DNA of 64,000 bases, taken from contig CAWJEN010000003.1 in assembly GCA_963841915.1 (NCBI GenBank), forward strand, positions 96,001 to 160,000, in the 5' to 3' direction. A model generated the notes under the pieces. It had not been told where the DNA came from, searched no databases, and worked only from the letters and a program-made list of their open reading frames with translations. Made by a program: the position numbers and the translations under genes. This document shows positions 41,007 to 50,374 of this stretch, in pieces. The DNA comes from an uncultured Planctomycetota bacterium. Lineage in GTDB: Bacteria > Planctomycetota > Phycisphaerae > Tepidisphaerales > Tepidisphaeraceae. Numbering within the stretch: position 1 is the first letter of the stretch; each line of letters opens with the position of its first letter.

Positions 41007-43838
41007 TCATGCCGGGACGACGTCGCTGCGGGTGATGACGTCGCTGCGTGTGACCGTGTCTCTCGCTGAATCGGCCGCAGGGGCGGGCCCGGCTGCCACC
41101 GGGGCTTCGTCCTGGACAGACTCGGCTGTTTCTTTCGACTTGGGCCAGACGCCCATGAGCTGCACGCGTTCTGCGGCCAGATCGACGAGGTTCATCACGC
41201 GGTGACGCAGTCGGTATGACGCTAACCAGTAGCCGGTGTAGATGATGAGCGGCACGCCCCACATGGCCAACCCGCCGGGGAAGAGTCGCAGGGTGGCAAT
41301 TGTGGCCAGGATGATCGTCGACAGGATGGCCGCCTTGGTGACGCCGGTCCGTTGTCCACTGACACGGCAGCGAATGAGGCGGCCGTCACCGTGCTTTTCG
41401 GTCACGCTGCTGACGCGGCACTTGGCGAGTCGGCTGCCGAAAAGTTCAAGATCCCACTCGTGCCAACCGCTGTCGCGGCGGACGTGCATCTTGGCCGCCC
41501 GGGCTTCGAGCTCGACGCGGTCGAGCAGGCTGAAACGGTCTCGGTCGCTTTGGCCTTCGGGTGCCCAGCCGTTGCCCCACCAGTAGCGCAGCACGTTGCT
41601 GTCGCTCGGATCGGTCGGCAGCACGCCGCGGCGGCGGAACTTGCTGTCGCCGCTGATCTTGCCGCGAAGGCGGTAGCTGTAGCGGGCCCAGCCGCGGGCA
41701 ATGGGTTGACGCCAGTGCAAATAGGCAACGAGTAGACGCGACCACTTGCGGCGTCGTTTGGGTTCGGGCTGTTGCAGGGCAGCCATGACGGCCAGGCCGG
41801 CAGTCAGCAGTTCCATGCCGATCGCGACGAAGAGCAGCGTCGGCCAGGCGATGCCGACGACGGCCATGAAGCCGGCGACAAGGTGCCACTCGAGGCTCAT
41901 CATGATCGCCGCCGTCAGGCTCGCGGGACGTTTGTAGATCGTCTGGAAGAGGCCCGTGCCTTGGGTGCCGTGGTAGATGATGTCACCACCGATGCGGAGA
42001 CCGACGCTTCCCGGTCCGTCGGGGCCGTAGATGCGGCCGTGCCAGAGCGAGGCACCGAGCGTGTTGAAGCGGTCGACGTGCTTGAACTGCAGCATCGCCT
42101 CGGCCTCGCCGTAGCCACGCTGCTGTTTGAGATACGCCTCGATGGTGTTTCGGCGGTAGTGCCAAACCTGTGCCGCCGGGGCGAAGCCGATGGTGTAACC
42201 CAGATCCTGCAAACGCCAGATGAAGTCGACGTCGTCACCGGCCTTGCGGTACGAGGCGTCGAACCCGCCAACCTCCATCGCCACGTCGCGCCTGAAGGCC
42301 ATGTTGCAGCCCGGCACGTGCTCGGCGGTGCGGTCGTCGATCATGACGTGCGTCGGCCCACCGGGACTCATGCCGACGGCCTCGGCCACGGCACCGGTGT
42401 CGCTGTCGCCTTCGTCAGGAATGAGATTGGGCCCGCCCATACCCGCGTGACCGCTTCGCTTCATGGCCAACACGAGGTGGTACAGCCAATCCTCGTCGGC
42501 CTCGCAGTCGCTGTCGGTGTAGACGACGATCTCGCCACGGGCGGCGTACAGGCCGACGTTGCGGGCGAAGCTCAGGCCGTGATTCGTCTGGCGGATGTTC
42601 CGCACCCGCTTGAAGCGGCGGACGATGTCCTGTGTGTTGTCCTTCGAACCGTCGTCGACAAAGATCACCTCATAATCGGGGTAATTAAGGCGATCCAGAC
42701 TGCGCAGACACGTCTCCACGGTGCTGGCACCGTTGTAACTGCAGACGATGACGCTGGCCTTGGGCAGCACGTCCCAGGCGCAGCGGCCGTCGAGCAGCGC
42801 GGTGTGCGGGGCGTCGGCAAAGACGCGACCGACGGCCTCGAAGGCAGGTTTGGCGACTCTGCGCCCTTGCATGTCACGCGTCGCCTCGACCACGCCGAAC
42901 GCCCAGTCATCGATCCGCCAGCCGTTGACGACCCACTCGTCGGTAAAGCCGAACACAATTGCACCGGCAAGGCCTTCGTCGAAGACAGCCCGCAGGTGGC
43001 CTTCCAGCCGCGTCGCCTGCTCGTCGGGCGTCGCCTCGTGCAGTGTGTCGATGCCGTACTCGCCGAGAATCAGCGGCAGCTCGCCTGCTAGGCTCTGCAG
43101 GCGGGCGAGGTAGTTGCGGAACGCCCGCTCTTCGTGTAGATAGACGTTGAACGTCAGGAAGTCGATGGTCCGTGGCCGGAGGTACTCGGTCGACGGGTAG
43201 TTGCCGAAGGTGAACAGGCAGTCCGGTGCCCAGCGACGACCGACGGCGATAAGGTCGTCCAGCAGGTCATTGGTCACGTCAGCGCCGTTGAACCGCACGA
43301 CCTCCGACGGAATCTCGTTGGCGACGCTGATGGCGAAGATGGCGGGGTGGCTTCCGCAGGACTGGGCGGCCTTCCGCACCGCACGCCGGGCGGCAGCGCG
43401 AACACGTAGCGAGCCTTCGCCCTTGGCGTAACTCAAGTTGCTCGGCCAGGCGACGTCGACCATCACCCTCAGGCCAAGCGACAAACACAGATCCAGGAAC
43501 CACATCGGGGGAGCGTGATACACCCGCACCACCGTCGCACCGCTCTCGGCAATCTGCTGAAGGTCGATGGCAGCGTGTTCTGGCGAGGGCAGCTCCACGC
43601 CGTCCTCACCCGGGGCAAACGGGCCGTAGGCGAAGCCCTTGATGTGGAACTTCTTAGCGTCGTTACCCTCACCAATGCGGAAGAACTTACCGTCACGGCG
43701 GATGCGGGCCGTGGCAGGGTCACCGGCCGCGGACGACGCAGCGCGCCTGCGACCACCTGCCGGTGCGTCGGCATGCTCGGTCCGCGGAAAATCAGGGTCC
43801 TGAACCGGCTGGATGGCAGAATGGGCTGGTTGCGTCAT
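41007..43838 (-). CDS. fusion of clan-A glycoside hydrolase TIM barrel, GT2 glycosyltransferase and TM helices
   Basis: 'VANEIP' and 'LILGEYG' catalytic-like motifs; GT2 motifs VDDGS, TDSD, GCNMAFR, GDDVD, QQRGYG; start uncertain (43838 or 43883). Confidence 0.85.
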   Translation of the reverse strand: MTQPAHSAIQPVQDPDFPRTEHADAPAGGRRRAASSAAGDPATARIRRDGKFFRIGEGNDAKKFHIKGFAYGPFAPGEDGVELPSPEHAAIDLQQIAESGATVVRVYHAPPMWFLDLCLSLGLRVMVDVAWPSNLSYAKGEGSLRVRAAARRAVRKAAQSCGSHPAIFAISVANEIPSEVVRFNGADVTNDLLDDLIAVGRRWAPDCLFTFGNYPSTEYLRPRTIDFLTFNVYLHEERAFRNYLARLQSLAGELPLILGEYGIDTLHEATPDEQATRLEGHLRAVFDEGLAGAIVFGFTDEWVVNGWRIDDWAFGVVEATRDMQGRRVAKPAFEAVGRVFADAPHTALLDGRCAWDVLPKASVIVCSYNGASTVETCLRSLDRLNYPDYEVIFVDDGSKDNTQDIVRRFKRVRNIRQTNHGLSFARNVGLYAARGEIVVYTDSDCEADEDWLYHLVLAMKRSGHAGMGGPNLIPDEGDSDTGAVAEAVGMSPGGPTHVMIDDRTAEHVPGCNMAFRRDVAMEVGGFDASYRKAGDDVDFIWRLQDLGYTIGFAPAAQVWHYRRNTIEAYLKQQRGYGEAEAMLQFKHVDRFNTLGASLWHGRIYGPDGPGSVGLRIGGDIIYHGTQGTGLFQTIYKRPASLTAAIMMSLEWHLVAGFMAVVGIAWPTLLFVAIGMELLTAGLAVMAALQQPEPKRRRKWSRLLVAYLHWRQPIARGWARYSYRLRGKISGDSKFRRRGVLPTDPSDSNVLRYWWGNGWAPEGQSDRDRFSLLDRVELEARAAKMHVRRDSGWHEWDLELFGSRLAKCRVSSVTEKHGDGRLIRCRVSGQRTGVTKAAILSTIILATIATLRLFPGGLAMWGVPLIIYTGYWLASYRLRHRVMNLVDLAAERVQLMGVWPKSKETAESVQDEAPVAAGPAPAADSARDTVTRSDVITRSDVVPA

Positions 43839-44089
43839 CGGAGGACTCGCGCTGAGCGAGGGGTGGCCAGTGAGGGCCGGCATTCTGGTAACATAAAGGA
43901 AGAGTCTGACCGGTGCGAAGGTTTGATCCAATTCGCCCATCGTCCCATAAGTACGACGCAGCACGTGGGTGCAGCTCGATGACTTGTTCCGGTGACAACG
44001 ATTGGGCCACCTACGCGGAACGGCTTTTGCGAGCGACGGGTTGGTGCGTCTGCGTTTGACACCTGCCGGTCGGGGCGAACACTGCACCC

Positions 44090-45013
44090 ATGGACGAATC
44101 AGCTGTGTCAGTCCCCTCGCTCGAGCACGTCCTGGAGACGTTCGAGGCCGCCCGTGAGGAACTCGAGCTTAACAGCGCCCGCAATGGACAGGTCGTGACG
44201 CTGCCGTCCGAGGGCTCGGTCACGCTCAGCGGCGACCTGCACGACAACCGAACGAACTGGCGAAAGCTCAAATACGTTGCAGACCTCGACAAGGACCCGA
44301 CGCGGCACCTGGTCTTGCACGAACTTATCCACGGCGACCACTTCGACGACGAAGGCCGCGAAGACAGCTGGCGGATGCTGTACGACGCTGCCGAATTGTT
44401 GCTCGACCACCCGGAGCAAGTCCACTTCGTGCTGGCCAATCACGACCTTGCTCAGATTCACGGCGAGGGTATCAGCAAGGGCGGCCTCAGTGTCTGCGAA
44501 GCCTTCACCAAGGCCGTCAAGCGTGATTTCGGGCCGACGTATATGAAGGTCGAAGCAGCGATCACGGAGTTTTTGCTCGGCTTGCCGCTCGGCCTACGCA
44601 TGCCGGGTGCGGGCGTCTTCTTCAGCCACAGCGTGCCCGGTGCCGACGAGCTGGAGGCGTTCGACTACGACGTGTTTGGCCGCGAGCCATTGACGGGTGA
44701 GGACTACCGCCGCCGGGTCGGGCCGGTGTATCAGCTCATCTGGGGCCGCGGTGCCTCTGCCGAGCAGGCGGGCGACTTTGCCGATGCCGTCGGAGCCGAC
44801 ATCGTCATCACCGGTCACCAACCGCAGCCGTCAGGCTACAAACGCAACGGCGACCGCCACCTCATTCTGGCCAGCGACCACTCCCGCGGCGTCTGCCTCG
44901 AATTGCCGCTGGACCGCAAGCTCAAGATGGACGACATCGAGCGTCGCATCAAGCCGTTCGTCTCCATCGACGACAGCGGCGAGGAGACGTCAGGTCGCTA
45001 CGAGATCGGCTGA
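44090..45013 (+). CDS. calcineurin-like metallophosphoesterase
   Basis: GDLH, ANHD, FSHS and TGHQ motifs; the second motif is divergent (HELIHG). Confidence 0.8.
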   Translation: MDESAVSVPSLEHVLETFEAAREELELNSARNGQVVTLPSEGSVTLSGDLHDNRTNWRKLKYVADLDKDPTRHLVLHELIHGDHFDDEGREDSWRMLYDAAELLLDHPEQVHFVLANHDLAQIHGEGISKGGLSVCEAFTKAVKRDFGPTYMKVEAAITEFLLGLPLGLRMPGAGVFFSHSVPGADELEAFDYDVFGREPLTGEDYRRRVGPVYQLIWGRGASAEQAGDFADAVGADIVITGHQPQPSGYKRNGDRHLILASDHSRGVCLELPLDRKLKMDDIERRIKPFVSIDDSGEETSGRYEIG

Positions 45014-45044
45014 CGCGGCGACGCCTGCCTCAACGCCCATCGAT

Positions 45045-46472
45045 TTACAGCCAGCCAAGCCCCTGAGCGGCAATGGTCGCCAGGCCCAGCAACGCCAGGA
45101 ATCCGACGACATCAGTGACGGTCGTCGCCAGGATGGTTGCCGACTGGGCCGGGTCGAAGCCGAGACGCTTCATCAGAAACGGGATGCCTGCACCCGTCGT
45201 GCAGGCGAGCGTATGGTTGATGAGCAGGGCGAAGAAGACGACGCCCGCGAGGCCGAAGGCGGCGAGGTAGGTTTTGTCGGGATTCGTCGATGAGTAGATG
45301 GCTGCGATGATGGCGGTGATGACGCCGAAGATCAGGCCGGTCAGCAGGCCGCAGAACAATTCGCGTCTGAGCACGTGTCGCAGCAGTTTGTCGTCGACAT
45401 CGCCGAGGCTGATGCCGCGGACGGCAACGGCCATGGCTTGAGCACTGGCGTTGCCACCCATGCCGGCGATGATCGGCATGAAGACCGCCAAGATTGGCAG
45501 CGCCTCGATCATGCCCGCAAAGGCCGCCACCACACCCGCCGACGCAAAGGCAGTCAGCAGGTTCACGCCGAGCCACCAAAACCGCTTGCGAAAGCTGAAA
45601 AACCAGGGCGAATCCAGCCGTTCTTCGACGCCTGCACCGAACAGCTTGTGGACGTCTTCGGTCGTCTCTTCCTGCAAGACGTCGACGATGTCGTCGACCG
45701 TAATGAGTCCGATGAGCCGGCCGCGGTCATCGACCACGGGCATCGCCAGGTAATCGAATCGGCGGAACAGCCGAGCCACCTCTTCCTGGTCCATCGTCGC
45801 GACGACGCTGCGAACGCTGGGAATCATGAGCGTCGCCAGCACCGTGTCGGGCGTGGCCAGAATGAGGTCGCGCATCGACAATACGCCGACGAGATGGCCG
45901 CGAGAATCGACGACGTAGACGTAGAACATCTGCTCGAGCTCCTGGCTCAAGCGACGCAGCGTCTCGATTGCGTCGGCGACACTGAGGTACTCGTAGAGGC
46001 TCGTGACCTCCGTCGTCATGATCCCGCCGGCCGAGTCGGGCGGGTACTTCTCCAGCAGCGTGACTTCTTCGCGGTCGTCTTCGTCTAGCTCGGCGACGAT
46101 GTCGTCGTGCGTCTGTTCCTCACACTCGTCGAGCACGTCGACGCGGTCGTCCGGATCCATCTCACCCAGCACGTTGGCCGCATCCTTGGCCGACATCAGC
46201 GAGACGACCTCTGCCGCCTTGACCGGGTCCATCTCGCTCAGCACGTCGGCTGCGCGTTCGTCATCGAGCAGATCCGCCACCCGCCCGGCTTGCTCTGCGT
46301 CGACTCGCGATAGCACCCGCGCCGCCAGGTGCGCGTCGAACTCGGTCAAACCCTCCGCCAAGGCCGCCGGGTCTTCGAGTTCGACCAGATCGTTCAACTG
46401 CTCGCGGGTGGGCTCGTCAACGGAGTCCGCCTCCTGGCGCTGCATTGTGGTCTCTTCAAGCGTTGTCGACAT
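45045..46472 (-). CDS. mgtE: magnesium transporter MgtE
   Basis: N domain, YPPDSAGGIMT, CBS pair, GMGGN, DPA..A....T.TD. Confidence 0.95.
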   Translation of the reverse strand: MSTTLEETTMQRQEADSVDEPTREQLNDLVELEDPAALAEGLTEFDAHLAARVLSRVDAEQAGRVADLLDDERAADVLSEMDPVKAAEVVSLMSAKDAANVLGEMDPDDRVDVLDECEEQTHDDIVAELDEDDREEVTLLEKYPPDSAGGIMTTEVTSLYEYLSVADAIETLRRLSQELEQMFYVYVVDSRGHLVGVLSMRDLILATPDTVLATLMIPSVRSVVATMDQEEVARLFRRFDYLAMPVVDDRGRLIGLITVDDIVDVLQEETTEDVHKLFGAGVEERLDSPWFFSFRKRFWWLGVNLLTAFASAGVVAAFAGMIEALPILAVFMPIIAGMGGNASAQAMAVAVRGISLGDVDDKLLRHVLRRELFCGLLTGLIFGVITAIIAAIYSSTNPDKTYLAAFGLAGVVFFALLINHTLACTTGAGIPFLMKRLGFDPAQSATILATTVTDVVGFLALLGLATIAAQGLGWL

Positions 46473-46608
46473 GCCGGCAGCGTATCGCAATGCAGCAGCA
46501 GACACCGCCTCGCGTTGCCCTGAGAACCGCTGGTCGGCAAAGGCGGAGCGGACCGGGTGCAACCCCTCTTGTTTCGAAAGGTTCCGCGAAACTGCGAGAT
46601 TGCAGGAT

Positions 46609-47082
46609 TCAATCCATCGGGATCGGGCCGTCTTCGTCTTCGTCGCTCTTTTTCACGCGGGCCTTGTTGACGCTGGTCGGATAGGCCGGCTTGTCGTCTG
46701 CTGTGAGGTCGATGCGTTCTGCCGGCTCGCCTCGCTCGGCTCGCGAGGATCGCCTGGGCGAACGATCACCCATCGGGATGATGACTTCCTTCTCTGTCTC
46801 ACCACGGCGAATGACCTCGAACGCGCCCATCATCTCAGTCGTCAGCCCACGCACGCTGAGCCCGCCCGCACTGAGGAACAGGAGCAACACTGCCGCCGCC
46901 TGCAGGATGCCGAGGCCGATCGGCAGGCCGCGATTGCCCGTGTAGAAGGCGACCGGTTGCAGCACGATCAATAACAGCGTCAGGACGAGCGCGATGTAAT
47001 ACTGCGGCCGATTGTCGATCAGTCGGGGAAACAAGACGCAGACGAAGACAAACAACACGATTGCAGTGGTAACGCCGTCCAT
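46609..47082 (-). CDS. hypothetical membrane protein
   Basis: Three N-terminal TM segments and a charged tail; TAAGCT 6 nt upstream. Confidence 0.65.
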   Translation of the reverse strand: MDGVTTAIVLFVFVCVLFPRLIDNRPQYYIALVLTLLLIVLQPVAFYTGNRGLPIGLGILQAAAVLLLFLSAGGLSVRGLTTEMMGAFEVIRRGETEKEVIIPMGDRSPRRSSRAERGEPAERIDLTADDKPAYPTSVNKARVKKSDEDEDGPIPMD

Positions 47083-47184
47083 GCCCGCAGCTTAGCCAGA
47101 TCTGGCCACCGAATGAACCTCGACATCCGCATGCATCACGCGACGCTGAATGTGTACCATGACGGGTTCCACCGGAGGTCCATC

Positions 47185-47694
47185 ATGAAGCTCGGCGCAG
47201 GTATCGGCATCATCTCAGTTCTTCTCGGCGTCGCTCTGATGCTGGTCCTTTTTGCCGGTCCAGTCGGTCCCGGCGGTTCGAGCTACGGCGGCACCGTCGC
47301 CAAGAAGAACAAGGAAGCCAAAGAGCAGGTCCAGCAGTTTAACGGCCGCGACGCTGACGGCAGGCGCCTCAGCGAAACCCTCACGCTCGTGCAATGGCCT
47401 GATGATCGCAGCTTCCGCGGTGCTCTGGTCGAAGCCATTGAAGACGGACAAATCGCTCAGACGCACTTCGGCCTCCAGCCGGGCGACGTCATCAAGCTCA
47501 TCGGCCCGCAGGAAGTTGGCGGCATGATCATCGACAGCGTCGACGTCACGAACGACATGCTCGACGACGCCTATGCCCGCGGGTTTCCGCTGGAGGTCTT
47601 ACGCGACAACCAGACGATCGAGTTGCAGGGCGGCACACCCGATAACGCCGCCGGGGCCATTCCCGGCATCCCTGGCCTGCCGCCTTTGAAGTAG
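47185..47694 (+). CDS. membrane-anchored protein with a PDZ-like domain
   Basis: N-terminal TM; 'GLQPGDVIKLIG' and 'LEVLRD' are PDZ-like; SD GGAGG. Confidence 0.6.
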   Translation: MKLGAGIGIISVLLGVALMLVLFAGPVGPGGSSYGGTVAKKNKEAKEQVQQFNGRDADGRRLSETLTLVQWPDDRSFRGALVEAIEDGQIAQTHFGLQPGDVIKLIGPQEVGGMIIDSVDVTNDMLDDAYARGFPLEVLRDNQTIELQGGTPDNAAGAIPGIPGLPPLK

Positions 47695-47743
47695 ACTGAC
47701 GCGCTTTGCCCATGTGCCACTTGTTCGGCCGCGGGCGCTTTGC

Positions 47744-49216
47744 ATGAGCGGCCACCCACCACCTCCCGACGCCGCGACGGCGACGCCTCGCTGGCGGCGG
47801 CACGGTCGACTTGCGGCCTGGGCGGTCCTCACCGTCATCGCAGGCCTGTTCGGCCTCCTCGCCCTGTGGCCGATCCGAGGGCCGATTAACCAACATGTGA
47901 CGCTGGTTCGCGGCATCTGGGTCGCCGGCAGCTTCTTGCCGCTGGCGACGTGGCTGCTGCTGGCAACGACGCCCAAAGACGCCATCCTCGTCTCGCCCCG
48001 ACTGGGAAAGCGGCTGATACTTCTCACGGCTGCCGCGCTTGCTGCAAGTTCGCTGTGGCTGACGAGCCCGACGTGGTCGACCGACATTCTGCGGCACGAG
48101 GCTGACGGAGCGACCTGGCTCAGCGGCCGTTCGCCCTACCGGTACACGCCCAACGATTCTGTCACGCCAGGAACCGCCCTGACGAGTGACGACGTGCACG
48201 CGTCCGCCTTTGCGACGCTCCTCGCCGCGGCTCCCGACCGGGATCAGACGTCGCTCGCGCCACCTGCCGTGCAAGCCGTCATCGCTGCGTCGGCGGCGGT
48301 TGAGCTCGTCCTGCCGCGTGGGTCGCCCGAAGCGCTGTCGGCGGTGCGGATCGAGCCCACCGACTGGGCGGGCGCGGTCGAGCGACTGCCGTGGTGGCGA
48401 CGCCTGTTCGTCCTGCGGTTGCTGCTGGCCCTGATCTACTTTGCGACCGTCAACGAGCTGATCGCCTGGATGCGGCAGCGGAACCTCAGCGTCTGGTGGG
48501 CCGGCCTGTACGCTTGGTCACCGGCGGCATGGATCGGCGCGGGCATCCTCGGCGTAGCGGGTGGATTGGCGGCCTTGCTGCTAATCGCGTCTCTCAGGCG
48601 ACTCGAAGCCGAGCGACACCGGCGGTCGGCGGTCGGCCTGGCCGGCGCGGTCGCGGCGTCGCCGTTGTTGCTGCCGCTCGTGCCGTGGATGATCGTCGGG
48701 AAACGGCAGCGGTCGTGGCTGTGGTTCGGCCTCGTTTCGGCGGCGATGTGGGTGCCAGCACTGACCTACCAGTACGGCTACGGCCCATCGGCCCTACGCG
48801 TTGCCCGATACCTTGCAACGCCCGGCGACACCCTCGTCGGCAGCCTGTTCGTCTTCGCGCCGGCCGTCGGGTGGTCGATCTGGCTCGCCGGTCAAGGGTT
48901 GGTGGCGTGGCTCATCAACAAACGTGGTGGCGGGGCGGCGACCGTCGTTTACGGCATGACGCTTTCCTCAACCCTGCTCGCACCGACGTCAGCGGTCGGC
49001 CTGATCTTGCTGCCCATGGCGGTCGCCGTCGCCCCAGGCAGGCGGGGCGGCCTCGCAGCCATCGCGCTCGTCGCCTCTGCCGGTGTGACGCTGTCGCCGA
49101 ACGATGCAACGCCGCCATTGGCGACGCTCGGCTGGTGCTTCGTGGCGGCAGTCGGGCTGCTCGAAGCGCTCGCAGCCGTCCGCCGAACGAGGCGGTCTCG
49201 AGCCTCGACGGCGTGA
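47744..49216 (+). CDS. GT-C fold (GT87-like) polytopic membrane protein, divergent
   Basis: 'STDILRHEADG......SPYRYTP' resembles the 'SDD.YRY..DG......NPY...P' motif; 'LYAWSP'; many TM helices. Confidence 0.55.
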   Translation: MSGHPPPPDAATATPRWRRHGRLAAWAVLTVIAGLFGLLALWPIRGPINQHVTLVRGIWVAGSFLPLATWLLLATTPKDAILVSPRLGKRLILLTAAALAASSLWLTSPTWSTDILRHEADGATWLSGRSPYRYTPNDSVTPGTALTSDDVHASAFATLLAAAPDRDQTSLAPPAVQAVIAASAAVELVLPRGSPEALSAVRIEPTDWAGAVERLPWWRRLFVLRLLLALIYFATVNELIAWMRQRNLSVWWAGLYAWSPAAWIGAGILGVAGGLAALLLIASLRRLEAERHRRSAVGLAGAVAASPLLLPLVPWMIVGKRQRSWLWFGLVSAAMWVPALTYQYGYGPSALRVARYLATPGDTLVGSLFVFAPAVGWSIWLAGQGLVAWLINKRGGGAATVVYGMTLSSTLLAPTSAVGLILLPMAVAVAPGRRGGLAAIALVASAGVTLSPNDATPPLATLGWCFVAAVGLLEALAAVRRTRRSRASTA

Positions 49217-49374
49217 GATTGCGCAAAGGCGGCCGCGGCGGCGCAGTGTGTAACGACTTCGAGTAGTGACGCACCGCCTGGGCAAAAACCGTTAGCAGGT
49301 GCATGCAGGCTTGCTTGCCGCGATTGAAGTGTGCATCACGGCAATTGTAAAACGGTCGGCCGAAAGGCATAAAA

Positions 49375-49390
49375 TGTTCCACGTGGAACA
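49375..49390. promoter_or_regulatory. parS: parS site (perfect palindrome)
   Basis: TGTTCCACGTGGAACA. Confidence 0.9.
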
Positions 49391-49400
49391 ATTGCCGAGT

Positions 49401-49416
49401 AGTTCCACGTGGAACA
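49401..49416. promoter_or_regulatory. parS: parS site
   Basis: AGTTCCACGTGGAACA (15/16), 10 bp from the previous site. Confidence 0.85.
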
Positions 49417-49522
49417 GTGCTCTGGCGGAGCGTCAGACGGGGCTCGACGTCGTTGAAGCTGCTAGAAGGCCATTCTGCCGAAGTGCCGACTCGATTTGGC
49501 CGCCGCGGCGCACCGCCAAAGC

Positions 49523-50287
49523 TTAATCGGCCGCCGGAATTCGGATGCGGAATGTTGTGCCGACTCCGACTTCACTGGCAACGTCGATGGTGCCGCCGAC
49601 CCGTTGGACGAGCCGCCGGCAGACCGTGAGGCCGAGTCCGGATCCGCCTTCCTCGCCGCTGGCAAAGGCGTCGAACAGCACAGGCAGGCGAGCCGAGTCG
49701 ATCCCACCGGCAGAGTCGCTCACCAGCAACTCGACTGTTGCGTCTTCACACCAGGAAGACAGATGCAGCGTCCGGCGGTGGTCGGCGACGTTGAGCAGGG
49801 CACGTCGCGCGTTCAGCAAAAGGTTCAGCAGCACGTGCTCGAAGGCAACACGCCCGATGCCGATACGGGCAGGCGTGATGGCCAATTCGACGCCGATGCC
49901 GTCGGCGTCGGGTGACGTCGGTAAGGCTGCGATGGCCCCGCGGACGCACTGCTCCAGGTCGGCAGATTCGGTTGCCGGAGAAGCGTCTTCGAGGATCGAG
50001 CGGCACAGGTCACCGGCCCGCTCGGCGGCGGCCAGACAACGGTCGAAGGCGTGGCGGGCCCGGTCCAGATCATCGGCAGAGGGCGCACCCTCTTGAAGCG
50101 CCCGACGCCCCAGTTTCGCCCAACCGGCCGCCGGGGTGAGCACGTTGTTGAACTCATGAGCCAGCGACGCCGCCAACGTGCCGAGGCTCGCTAGGCGTTC
50201 GTCATGTGCAACTTGCCCGGCCACACTCATGGTTTCGACTTCAGGGCCACGTTGTGCCAGCGGCCTCGTGTTATCCGGACGTTCCAC
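49523..50287 (-). CDS. soluble histidine kinase without a sensor domain
   Basis: LAHEFNN H-box, NLLLNA N-box, DSAGG, GSGLGL, GTTF. Confidence 0.9.
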   Translation of the reverse strand: MERPDNTRPLAQRGPEVETMSVAGQVAHDERLASLGTLAASLAHEFNNVLTPAAGWAKLGRRALQEGAPSADDLDRARHAFDRCLAAAERAGDLCRSILEDASPATESADLEQCVRGAIAALPTSPDADGIGVELAITPARIGIGRVAFEHVLLNLLLNARRALLNVADHRRTLHLSSWCEDATVELLVSDSAGGIDSARLPVLFDAFASGEEGGSGLGLTVCRRLVQRVGGTIDVASEVGVGTTFRIRIPAAD

Positions 50288-50295
50288 GTGGAACC
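50280..50295. promoter_or_regulatory. parS: parS site
   Basis: CGTTCCACGTGGAACC, perfect 14-bp palindromic core. Confidence 0.8.
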
Positions 50296-50374
50296 GTGCG
50301 ACGGCATGGAACTTGCTATAGCTGCCCTGTGAGCTTCGGCCCTGCGTCGCGGACGCAACATCGGTGGTGGTGGC

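Noticed and set aside
48915..49391. ORF beginning MFHVEH
   Set aside because: This is the translation of the parS palindrome; the rest overlaps the GT-C-like gene in antisense
49217..49522. Possible oriC or riboswitch
   Set aside because: No TTATCCACA-type DnaA box cluster or AT-rich unwinding repeats seen; no riboswitch consensus recognised
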